NCBI GenBank assembly: GCA_021846045.1
Contig: JAJZCM010000001.1
Coordinates: 54,457-118,456, forward strand
Source: a bacterium
Lineage (GTDB): Bacteria > Elusimicrobiota > Elusimicrobia > UBA1565 > UBA9628
Reading direction: 5' to 3'
Length of the DNA: 64,000 bases
The position numbers and the translations under genes were made by a program. Shown here in pieces: positions 31,711 through 40,190 of this stretch. Below the pieces are notes generated by a model that saw only the letters and a program-made list of their open reading frames with translations, did not search any database and was not told the origin of the DNA. The number at the start of each line of letters is the position of its first letter. Position 1 is the first letter of the stretch.

Positions 31711-31772
31711 GCTCCGGAATCCAGAAGATCGCTGCTCTGGACCCCGACTTTCATCGGGGTGACGTGAGTTGT
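31711..31772 (-). repeat. degenerate/partial copy of the double-hairpin repeat family
   Basis: CCCCGACTTTCATCGGGGTGACGTGAGTTGT (reverse orientation, stem with a C-to-T change) plus a CCGGAATCCAG remnant. Confidence 0.6.
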
Positions 31773-31773
31773 T

Positions 31774-32712
31774 ATGGAAAAAATTGACATGGAACAAGTC
31801 TCTTCTGTAACTTTGGAGGAATTGCCCTGCAATTTGTGCGGTTCCAGAGAGAGCGCCGTTTTATACCAGCGGCCTTATCTGACTCCGCATGACCAGAAAG
31901 TCGGAGCTTTTGCCGCGACGACCGATGAATTTCTCAATTACGGACGCATTGTTTCTTGCTTAAAATGCGGTTTGTGTTATACCAATCCCCGTCCCACGGC
32001 CGAGGCCATTCTTTCCGGCTATGGAAATTACGTGGATGAAAGCTATCTTTTGGAAAGCTCAAGCCGTTCAATTAACGCCCATTTGAGCCTTAATACCATT
32101 CGGCGGTTCACTTCAACGGGCAAGCTCCTTGAAGTCGGTTCTTCCGTCGGTTATTTTCTCAACGCGGCCCGAACCGATTTTGAAGTGACGGGCCTGGAGC
32201 CTTCCCGTTGGGCCGCCGAAGAGGCGCGGAGAAGATTTAAAGTCGAATGTTATCCCGAATCGCTCGAAAACCCAAGCAGCATCCAGGGAAGAAGTTTTGA
32301 TGTGGTCGCCATGTCGGATGTCGTTGAGCATCTTCTGGATCCGAAATCGGCGGTTCTCTCTTGTCGAAATTTTTTAAAACCTGGGGGGATTCTCTACCTT
32401 CTGACGCCCGATATCGGAAGCCTTTCGGCCAAGTTGATGCGCGGCTATTGGTGGGGGCTTCGTCCCGCCCATATTTATTATTTTTCAAGACAAACGATGA
32501 CGCAAATGCTCATGGGAAACGGGTTTGAAATATTGACCATTAAATCCTTCGGGCGAATTTTCTCCTATTCCTATTGGCTGAGCCGGTTGAAGAACTACCC
32601 AAAATCAGTTTTCCTTACGGTTGGCGGGGTAATCAAAGCCCTTGGCCTTGAAAATAAGCTGGTCTATATTGATACACGGGATTCAATGGAAATATGCGCG
32701 AGAAAAAGGTAA
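31774..32712 (+). CDS. class I SAM-dependent methyltransferase with N-terminal C4 zinc ribbon
   Basis: CNLCGS...CLKCGLC, then LEVGSSVGYF (motif I) and VVAMSDVVEHLLDP. Confidence 0.75.
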   Translation: MEKIDMEQVSSVTLEELPCNLCGSRESAVLYQRPYLTPHDQKVGAFAATTDEFLNYGRIVSCLKCGLCYTNPRPTAEAILSGYGNYVDESYLLESSSRSINAHLSLNTIRRFTSTGKLLEVGSSVGYFLNAARTDFEVTGLEPSRWAAEEARRRFKVECYPESLENPSSIQGRSFDVVAMSDVVEHLLDPKSAVLSCRNFLKPGGILYLLTPDIGSLSAKLMRGYWWGLRPAHIYYFSRQTMTQMLMGNGFEILTIKSFGRIFSYSYWLSRLKNYPKSVFLTVGGVIKALGLENKLVYIDTRDSMEICARKR

Positions 32713-34031
32713 ATCAGGCGTCTTTAAAAATTGCCTGCGTTCCTTGCTCGCAAAGCGAGAGTGTGCGCGGGCGTCTAGGGGGAAGATTTTGGGCACGCGC
32801 ATGCATTCTCTTTTTCGCATTCATCCTGAGAAGCGCCTACGCTTTTTACGCTTACAATCATACGTTTAAGGAATATAAGACCGAAGGCCAGCAGGTATCG
32901 GCGCTTGATCCGGATGGATACAATCGCCTGGGCGTCGCCTTAATTGAGCGCGGGGAACTTTCCCTGACGCCGGGCCGTCTTGAAACTTCCCGCGAGCCTT
33001 TTTATCCCCTTTTGTTGGCGGCGGTCCATTTCTTTTTCGGGCTTTCACCCATCGTGGGGATTACGCTGAATGTCTTGATCGGAGTTTTGTGTTGTTGGAT
33101 GACGTATGCGGTCACTCTCTCTGTTTTTCAAAATGAACGGGTGGGGCTTTTTTCTCTCTTGCTGGCGGCTTTTTTTCCGGAATGGATTTATTTTTCCGCG
33201 ACGATGTTTCGAGAGCCGTTGATCATCCTTTTAAGCTTGATTTGGATTCTCCTGTGGCAGAAATACTCTTCCTCGAGGAATGGGTGGGCTTATGCCGGGA
33301 TGGGAACGGCCTTTGGGCTTCTCTGTTTAACCCGTTCTCCTTTCATCCCCATAGGGGGCGCTTTTGCGCTCTTGGCCGCCTCAAAAATAAAACTTAAAGA
33401 TTGGGCTCGGACCATTGGAATTTTCCTTTTGTGCGCTTTTGTTCTGGAAGGAATATGGACGTACCGCAACGAGAGAATCTTAAAGAGATGGGTCGCGGGG
33501 GCGAGCATGGGGGGCTCGGTCATGTATTTATCCCTTCTCTATAATTACTCGCGTCCGGACATTCCCCTTGAATACCCGCTGGGTGCGGGAAAAGACCCCG
33601 TTATTTCTGTGGTCCTTGCCCGGCATTTGACCTTGGATCAAGCCGAGCCTATTTTTTATCAGTCCTGTCTTAAAATTCTCATCCATCACCCGCTGGTTTT
33701 TTGGGACGCTTTCATCCATAAGGTTATGAAACTCTGGCGGCCTTACCCCAATCCTGGATGGAAATATCCGCATTCACTTTTCGCTCTTTCATCTCTCTCT
33801 TTGATCGGGCTTTTCTCGGGTGGTGGAATCATGCTTCTAGGTCTTTGGGGAAGCGTTTTGGCGTGGAGAAATGGATATCCTATTGGATTTTTAATCCTGT
33901 TTCCGATGCTCATGTCGGTGGTTTACGGGCTTTTTTGGGCCGTGATGCGCTATCACACAACTTTAATGGTGGGGGTCATTCCTCAGGCGGCCTACGCCTT
34001 AGACGCGCTGCTCTCAAGAAAAGAATCATGA
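32694..34031 (+). CDS. GT-C membrane glycosyltransferase (ArnT/PMT / GT39-83-like)
   Basis: Polytopic protein with an N-terminal periplasmic loop GYNRLGVAL..REPFYPLLLA, typical of polyprenyl-phosphate-sugar-dependent GT-C enzymes. Start uncertain. Confidence 0.65.
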   Translation: MREKKVNQASLKIACVPCSQSESVRGRLGGRFWARACILFFAFILRSAYAFYAYNHTFKEYKTEGQQVSALDPDGYNRLGVALIERGELSLTPGRLETSREPFYPLLLAAVHFFFGLSPIVGITLNVLIGVLCCWMTYAVTLSVFQNERVGLFSLLLAAFFPEWIYFSATMFREPLIILLSLIWILLWQKYSSSRNGWAYAGMGTAFGLLCLTRSPFIPIGGAFALLAASKIKLKDWARTIGIFLLCAFVLEGIWTYRNERILKRWVAGASMGGSVMYLSLLYNYSRPDIPLEYPLGAGKDPVISVVLARHLTLDQAEPIFYQSCLKILIHHPLVFWDAFIHKVMKLWRPYPNPGWKYPHSLFALSSLSLIGLFSGGGIMLLGLWGSVLAWRNGYPIGFLILFPMLMSVVYGLFWAVMRYHTTLMVGVIPQAAYALDALLSRKES

Positions 34032-35674
34032 AAAAATTATTATGTCTGGGACTTTTAATTCTCCCTTTCTCTTCTTTCGCTCAAGATTCCACTATTGGCG
34101 TCGTGGTTTCTTCTGAAATAGCGAAGGCCATGACCCATTTGCAGGAGCCGGGATATCCGCTGCCGTATTTTATTTCCATCAATGTTTCGGATGTGGATAA
34201 TTGGGACTCGGAATGCGATATGGGCGCCCTGAATTGGTCCGAGCATTGGCGGGGGCGTTCGTTTTTTCCTGATGTTCGCGTCGGCAGCTATGCCTTGGAT
34301 AATCACCGCAATCCCGTGCCCCTTGGAGTCCTAGGCTCGTGGATTTCAATCGACGATAATCCGTTTGCTTTAAAACACGATCTTTGGTTGGGGCTTGATG
34401 AGTCCTACAAATCCGCTTCGGCCGGGTTTTTACGGAAAGAAGCCCAACGGGTCAGGGATGGAAAAAGGGAATATGACACCGACGACCTTTCCCATGAAAA
34501 ACCGATCATTAGCGCCGCTTCATTTCCCGCCGTTGGCGGCGGAACTTCTTTTTATCGCCAGATGAACCGCATTTGCCGCTCGGTCAGCGCCGTTTTTTCC
34601 CAGAAGCCTTCTTTAATTCAGGGGAATGTCTCGGTGGAACGAAGAAGCGTTCTTTCCCGTTTTTATAATTCCGAGGGAAGCCGAATTCACTCATCGAGGG
34701 ATATTTTTCATATCGAACTCAATATCGCGGCGGTTTCAAAAGACGGGATGAAGCTTTATTCAGAGCGTAATTTTATCTCCTTGTCAACCATGACTCTGCC
34801 GTCTTCCGATGTGATGGAAGCGCAAGGCAGGAAGATGTTGTCGGAAGTGGGAAAACTCTTGCTCGCTCCTTCCACTTCTCCCTTTAATGCTCCGGCTTTG
34901 ATTGACCCAACAGTTACTTCCGCCATTGTTTCATCTTTAGGCCTTAATTTTTCCGGTGAGTCCGCGCGCAATCCCTCCGGTGCCCAGATATTCAGAGGAA
35001 AAGTCGGCGACATTGTGTTTTCCAAGGATTTAACCCTGATTGACGATCCCATGGCGCGGTTTTTTAAGAAAACGCCTCTCGTCGGTTTTTATTCTTATGA
35101 TGAGGAAGGGGTGAAAGCCCAAAAGGTTCTTTTGGTTGAGGATGGGCGTCTTAAAAATTTCCTCCTGTCGCGTTATCCGGTCATTGGCTTTCCGCATTCC
35201 AACGGACATGCCAGAGGCGAGGCGGGGGCCTATCCGCGCGCGATGCCGAGCAATCTTTTCTTGGAAGCTAAACATGGGTATTCGCATGCTAAATTGATGA
35301 AGATTTTGCTCAAAGAGTTGAGAAAAGAAGGCAAGCCCTATGGGCTTTGGATTCGGAAAGTGCGGTCTTTTGTCCGAGAAAACAGCGCCGCGGGCGAAGA
35401 GTCTTTGCGGATCATGCCGGAACTGGTCTATCTCGTTGACGCCAAAACTGGAAAATTAACCTTGGTGCGGGGGTTGGATTTGGTGGGAACGCCTCTTGGA
35501 TTTCTCAATCATGTTTTGGGAGAGGGAAATGACATGACGGCGATCGGCCACCGGATTGGATGGGTGCCCATGTCGGTGGTCGCGCCAAGCTTGGTTTTGT
35601 CCCAGGTTGAACTCCAAAGATCGAAAGAACCTCCGGTGAATCCGCCCATTTTACCCTCGCCGCAGTCGCCTTGA
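34028..35674 (+). CDS. secreted PmbA/TldE-like protein (paralog of the 29879 gene, HExxGH absent)
   Basis: Signal peptide MKKLLCLGLLILPFSSFA. It is collinear with the TldD-like protein, including the shared C-terminal motif PPILPSP, but lacks the zinc-binding HExxxH. ATGA overlap with the upstream gene. Confidence 0.7.
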   Translation: MKKLLCLGLLILPFSSFAQDSTIGVVVSSEIAKAMTHLQEPGYPLPYFISINVSDVDNWDSECDMGALNWSEHWRGRSFFPDVRVGSYALDNHRNPVPLGVLGSWISIDDNPFALKHDLWLGLDESYKSASAGFLRKEAQRVRDGKREYDTDDLSHEKPIISAASFPAVGGGTSFYRQMNRICRSVSAVFSQKPSLIQGNVSVERRSVLSRFYNSEGSRIHSSRDIFHIELNIAAVSKDGMKLYSERNFISLSTMTLPSSDVMEAQGRKMLSEVGKLLLAPSTSPFNAPALIDPTVTSAIVSSLGLNFSGESARNPSGAQIFRGKVGDIVFSKDLTLIDDPMARFFKKTPLVGFYSYDEEGVKAQKVLLVEDGRLKNFLLSRYPVIGFPHSNGHARGEAGAYPRAMPSNLFLEAKHGYSHAKLMKILLKELRKEGKPYGLWIRKVRSFVRENSAAGEESLRIMPELVYLVDAKTGKLTLVRGLDLVGTPLGFLNHVLGEGNDMTAIGHRIGWVPMSVVAPSLVLSQVELQRSKEPPVNPPILPSPQSP

Positions 35675-35720
35675 CAGAAAAGAATGTCTCTGTTACACTA
35701 ACTTAGGACACGGAGGAATC

Positions 35721-35939
35721 GTGGAAAAACCTCAGGAATTGCTTTTTGTTATAGAAGAATCGCCTGGAGGAGGCTATATCGCCTCGGCCCTTGGCCCAAG
35801 CATTGTTACTGAAGCCGATGATTGGGAGTCGCTTAAAAAACGGATATCCGATGCGGTTTTGTGCCATTTTGAAGATCCGGCATTTCGCCCTCGCATCATT
35901 CGGCTTCATGCGGTCAAGGATGAGTTTTTGGCTTTATGA
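35721..35939 (+). CDS. hicB: HicB-family antitoxin (UPF0150-like, short form)
   Basis: LLFVIEESPGGGYIASALGPSIVTEADDWESLKKRISDAVLCHFED matches the HicB N-terminal RNase-H-like fold pattern. 4-nt overlap with the downstream hicA. Confidence 0.55.
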   Translation: MEKPQELLFVIEESPGGGYIASALGPSIVTEADDWESLKKRISDAVLCHFEDPAFRPRIIRLHAVKDEFLAL

Positions 35940-36178
35940 GGCTTCCCCGCGATATTGGGGGAGAGGAACTGGCCCGCCTGCTTATTCGCTATGGTTACAT
36001 GGTGACCCGCCAAACTGGCAGCCATATTCGACTAACAACTCAGCGAGAGGGAGAGCATCATCTGACGATTCCAGCGCATACTGATCTTCGTTTAGGGACG
36101 CTTAATTCTATCCTCCAAGAAGTGTCTCGGCATATCAAGAAAGATAAGAACGACTTAATTCAAGAATTATGGCCGTGA
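35936..36178 (+). CDS. hicA: HicA-family mRNA interferase toxin
   Basis: GYMVTRQTGSHIRLT...HLTIPAH.DLRLGTLNSILQ fits the YcfA/HicA dsRBD-like motif set (GSH, P.H, GTL..IL). Confidence 0.65.
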   Translation: MRLPRDIGGEELARLLIRYGYMVTRQTGSHIRLTTQREGEHHLTIPAHTDLRLGTLNSILQEVSRHIKKDKNDLIQELWP

Positions 36179-36199
36179 CTGGGGAGTGAGGGTGTTTTA

Positions 36200-37222
36200 A
36201 TGTCGGATTCTCCGTTTTTTTCAATTGTCTTACCCACCTACAATCGCGCCGTGATGTTGCCGACGGCACTTGAAACTCTCCGTCGCCAAACATTTACTGA
36301 TTTTGAAGTTTTAATTGTTGATGATGGATCCACCGATAATACTCCTGAAATTGTTAAGACTTGGACGCAGGACTCGCGCTTCAAATATAAATTCTTAGAT
36401 CATGTCGGCAATATGCCATGCCGGAATAAAGCCCTTGAAATGGCTTCGGGGATATGGATTACCAATATTGATTCCGATGATCTTTGGCTGCCCAATAGGC
36501 TTGAGAAATTTGCGGCATATATTCAGCGGCATCCACAGGTGGGATTTATTTTCTCGAATGGGTATCTTTACCGGTTTGGGCGTATTATTGGGGTGGATTT
36601 TGATCCGTTGAAATCGCTTCCCGAGGGGAAAATGGCGGGGCATTATGCCGTGGGAAGATCGGGATTGCCGTATCTGACCACAAATCTCGCGATTCCCAGG
36701 GCTCTTTATGACAAATATGGCCATTATCGCAAAGATATGGTGATTCTCGACAATGAACTCTATGCGCGGATGCTCGCCGATGGAGTTGAAGTGGGCATTA
36801 TCTATGAGCCTTTGGCTATTCGCAGAATACATGGAGGCCAGGTTACTCATCAGTGGCTTGGCTCCTATCCGGAATCAATTGAAGCCCTAAAAGCCGCAAA
36901 GCCTTCTGCCGAGGTTTTTGATCAGGAGAAACTCAATCTTGTCCTAGAATTTTCTGATTACCTATGGCGTAATTTAGAGGGGAAAAAAGCGCGCTGTTTT
37001 ATGCTGGAAGAATTGGGAGAGAAGGCCCCAAAAACACGGCTTTATTTTCTTACTTTTATCCCGGCTCCCCTGCTGTTTTTAGCTAAAAAATTACGGAGAC
37101 TGTATTTAATCCTCATCCATTCCCCGATTTTTGCGAGCCCTGAGACCAAAAAAATATACCAGTTTCTTAATCCCTTGTTGATCAGCGAGGGAATTCGCGA
37201 GAGAGATAGTTGGTCGAGTTGA
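36200..37222 (+). CDS. GT2 glycosyltransferase
   Basis: FSIVLPTYNRAVML, VLIVDDGSTD, NIDSDD (DXD). Confidence 0.8.
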   Translation: MSDSPFFSIVLPTYNRAVMLPTALETLRRQTFTDFEVLIVDDGSTDNTPEIVKTWTQDSRFKYKFLDHVGNMPCRNKALEMASGIWITNIDSDDLWLPNRLEKFAAYIQRHPQVGFIFSNGYLYRFGRIIGVDFDPLKSLPEGKMAGHYAVGRSGLPYLTTNLAIPRALYDKYGHYRKDMVILDNELYARMLADGVEVGIIYEPLAIRRIHGGQVTHQWLGSYPESIEALKAAKPSAEVFDQEKLNLVLEFSDYLWRNLEGKKARCFMLEELGEKAPKTRLYFLTFIPAPLLFLAKKLRRLYLILIHSPIFASPETKKIYQFLNPLLISEGIRERDSWSS

Positions 37223-37233
37223 AGATCGTCGAT

Positions 37234-38784
37234 TCAATCAGCGGTGGCAATGCTTTTATTAAAAGAAACTCTCAAAATATTGGATGGTAAAATGGTTTGT
37301 TGCCCCATCGAGTGCTCGTATCTTTGAGGGGTTCGGCTTGGATTGAAGGGAATTTTTAGTTTTTGACGAACATCGGATTCCGTTTGATTGCGGAGCTTCA
37401 CTAAATCCTCAGCCGAGACGTAATCAGTATAAACAAAGGATTGATACCCGCCGTTGGGATCGCCTTTGTAGTAATCGGCGACTTCGGTGTAGTCCACTTC
37501 CTGGGAAAAAAGGCGATCTCCATTTTTCTTGTAAGTATAAACCCATAGATTCCTCTTGCCGGGGTCCTGAACTGCATGATCGTAATAGGGAGTTCCTGGG
37601 TAAGTGGTGATAATAGTCACGTCAAAATCATCGGGTTTGACTTCCAAAAGCCAGTCGCGCGTGTCTCGAATAGTCTCTGGCGATTCCCCTGGATGTCCGA
37701 TGGACATTAAGGCTTTTATCTTAAGTCCATGTCTGCGGGCGATTTCAACGCAGCGGGTATTTTCTTCCCGCGCGGCTTTTTTGTTGATATTTTGAAGAAT
37801 TCGGGGAGACCCAGATTCAAAACCGGTCAATATCCAACGAAAACCCGCTTTCCGCATCGCCTCGGCTTGTTCATCAGTAAAAAGCTGAGACTTAATAAAG
37901 CCCCTGAGGCGAAATTCAACGCCCAATTGGTCTTGGAGAGAACATATTTCACGCATCAGTTCGACCATTTTGGGATTGACGTTGAGTTCGTCATCATAGA
38001 GCATAAATCCGCGTACCCCGTAATCGCGGAACATTTGCTTCATTTCAAGAACGATGTTCTCGGTCGTCCGCATTCGTATTCGGCGCAGCATCGGAGATTC
38101 TCGCCCTCCGCAAAATCCGCATTCGAAAGGGCATCCAAGCTGCGCGATTAAAGACAACGCCCGCAGGCCTTCTATCTCATAGCGGTAGCTGTCAACGTCC
38201 ACAAGGCGTCTGGCGGGAAACGGCAATTCCGTTAGGCGCGCATTATTTAAAAAGAGCGGAGAATGCGGATCGTCGGCGTCGACGAGTTTTGGGGGATTCT
38301 CGCTTAAGGCGGAAAAAATCGCCTCCTCACCGTCTCCAGCAACTAAGATATCATAAAGTTCGGCCAGCTTTTGATAGGCGAGAGTCGCACGGCCCTCTAT
38401 CCCGCGACGTTTCTCTCCTTTGTAAGCGGCATTGACTAGAGTGATATGCGGTCCGCCGAGAATAATGCGCGCGCGTGGAGATTGGGCGCGTAAAACGCGC
38501 AGTATTTTGGTCGAAGCCGGGAGTTGTGGAGTTGTGGCGGTCAGTCCGAAAAATCGGGCTTTTGACGATGAGGCATGAAGGGCCGCGACTTCTTCATAGT
38601 TTTCGACTCCGGACAAGTCCAGCATTTCGACCGCATATCCCTCGCGCTCTAAAACGGCCGCGACCTTGAGTATGCCTAAAGACATAAAAACGCGCTCATC
38701 CAGCAAGAATAAAGAGGGCGGGACAATGAGGCAAACAGTTTGTCTTTCTCGACTATTGCGGGTGGAAGTCGCTCCGGCAAGCAT
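37234..38784 (-). CDS. B12-binding domain radical SAM protein (class B)
   Basis: N-terminal cobalamin-binding Rossmann region (CLIVPPSLF...GILKVAAVLEREGY) and the radical-SAM cluster motif CPFECGFCGG. Start chosen at an internal Met; the longest ORF runs to 38874. Confidence 0.75.
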   Translation of the reverse strand: MLAGATSTRNSRERQTVCLIVPPSLFLLDERVFMSLGILKVAAVLEREGYAVEMLDLSGVENYEEVAALHASSSKARFFGLTATTPQLPASTKILRVLRAQSPRARIILGGPHITLVNAAYKGEKRRGIEGRATLAYQKLAELYDILVAGDGEEAIFSALSENPPKLVDADDPHSPLFLNNARLTELPFPARRLVDVDSYRYEIEGLRALSLIAQLGCPFECGFCGGRESPMLRRIRMRTTENIVLEMKQMFRDYGVRGFMLYDDELNVNPKMVELMREICSLQDQLGVEFRLRGFIKSQLFTDEQAEAMRKAGFRWILTGFESGSPRILQNINKKAAREENTRCVEIARRHGLKIKALMSIGHPGESPETIRDTRDWLLEVKPDDFDVTIITTYPGTPYYDHAVQDPGKRNLWVYTYKKNGDRLFSQEVDYTEVADYYKGDPNGGYQSFVYTDYVSAEDLVKLRNQTESDVRQKLKIPFNPSRTPQRYEHSMGQQTILPSNILRVSFNKSIATAD

Positions 38785-38872
38785 AAGCGAATTATAGTAA
38801 AATGGAAATCCCTTTATGCTGCTACGAGAACGATTCCCAAGTCCGAGAGAACGCAAGAACAGGGCCGTTTTC

Positions 38873-39487
38873 ATGGACAGAGACGGTGTGATTATTAAAG
38901 AAGTAAATTACCTCTCGCGCCTTGAGGATATGAAAATTATCTCCGGAGTTGCGGATTCGATCGCGAAACTGAGAAAAGCGGGCTTTAAGATGATAGTTAT
39001 CAGCAATCAGTCGGCCGTCGCTCGCGGACGCCTGAGCCTTTTTAAACTTCATAAAATTACGCGCGTTTTACTCCAAATGATTCGGGAAAAAAATTCCAAG
39101 GCTTGCATTGACGCCGTTTACTATTGTCCGCATCATCCTGATTTCGGCAAACCCTGCTCTTGCCGGAAACCCGGGATTGGGCTTCTCCTTAAAGCGCAAA
39201 AAAAATTCAACATTGATTTGAAATCCTCCTATTTTGTCGGAGACTCAAGCGCCGATATCCTAACGGCTCGGCGGGCAGGATGCGTTCCTCTGCTGGTGAA
39301 AACGGGGAAAGGTGGAAAAGACGGACTCTACAAGGCAAAGCCGAAAAAAATATTTAAAAACCTTTCCGAGGCTTCCCGCTGGATTTTAACTGCTCAGGTT
39401 CGTCATTCCGGCGAAAGCCGGAATCCAGTTGGAAACCTGGACCCCGACTTTCGTCGGGGTGACGTGAGTAGTTGCGCTGGATTTTAA
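38873..39487 (+). CDS. gmhB: D-glycero-D-manno-heptose 1,7-bisphosphate phosphatase (HAD-IIIA)
   Basis: FMDRDGVI (DxD), ISNQS, YYCPHHPDFGKPCSCRKP (Zn-binding Cys cluster), FVGDSSAD. The last ~28 codons and the stop codon come from the repeat element (AQVRHSGESRNP...). Confidence 0.8.
   Translation: MDRDGVIIKEVNYLSRLEDMKIISGVADSIAKLRKAGFKMIVISNQSAVARGRLSLFKLHKITRVLLQMIREKNSKACIDAVYYCPHHPDFGKPCSCRKPGIGLLLKAQKKFNIDLKSSYFVGDSSADILTARRAGCVPLLVKTGKGGKDGLYKAKPKKIFKNLSEASRWILTAQVRHSGESRNPVGNLDPDFRRGDVSSCAGF
39392..39475 (-). repeat. double-hairpin dispersed repeat copy (reverse orientation)
   Basis: GTTCGTCATTCCGGCGAAAGCCGGAATCC...TGGACCCCGACTTTCGTCGGGGTGACGTGAGTAGTTGC. Confidence 0.85.
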
Positions 39488-39491
39488 AACA

Positions 39492-40190
39492 ATGAAAGTA
39501 TTGATTGTCGCCGGCGGATTTGGAACCAGGATGCGTCCCTTGTCCCAGGATATTCCAAAGCCGATGCTCAAAATTTTTGAAAAGCCGATTTTGGAGCATC
39601 TCATTATTTGGCTTCAATCTTCTGGCTTTAAAGAGATTACTCTTTGTTTGGGGCACAAGGCGGATGTCGTGTCCAATTATTTCGGAAAGGGAGAGACATG
39701 GGGGGTCAATCTTGAGTATTATATCGAAACAGAACCGCGTGGAACGGCCGGATGCGTGCGGGATACGTGCGGTAATTTAACAGAGGACGTTCTGGTTGTT
39801 TATGGTGATTTGTTTATTTCGATGAATTTGAAACCGTTTTTGGACTTTCATGCCGAAAACTCCGGTTCTGCCGCGAGCTTGATTCTCTTTAAGACCGATC
39901 ATCCTCGGGATTCCGACTTAGTGCGTCTTGAAAACAGCCAAATTAAAAATTTTTACCGCGACCCAGAGGCTGAAGATTCGAAACATTTGGCTTGCGCGGC
40001 CGTCTGGGCGTTGAGAAAGCCGATTCTGGACTTGATTCCAAAAGACCGGCCTTCGGATTTTGGACGGGATATTTTCCCTCAAGCGCTTAAGAGAGGGCTC
40101 AGTTTGTCCGGATACGTCACGGCTGAAATCCTGGCGGATTTGGGAACCCCTGAGCGTTTTTCCGCTTTTGAAAAAAGGCGTTTGCAATGA
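39492..40190 (+). CDS. hddC: sugar-1-phosphate nucleotidyltransferase, D-glycero-alpha-D-manno-heptose 1-phosphate guanylyltransferase-like
   Basis: LIVAGGFGTRMRPLS..PKPM is an NTP_transferase signature. Its position between gmhB and hddA supports the HddC assignment. Confidence 0.65.
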   Translation: MKVLIVAGGFGTRMRPLSQDIPKPMLKIFEKPILEHLIIWLQSSGFKEITLCLGHKADVVSNYFGKGETWGVNLEYYIETEPRGTAGCVRDTCGNLTEDVLVVYGDLFISMNLKPFLDFHAENSGSAASLILFKTDHPRDSDLVRLENSQIKNFYRDPEAEDSKHLACAAVWALRKPILDLIPKDRPSDFGRDIFPQALKRGLSLSGYVTAEILADLGTPERFSAFEKRRLQ

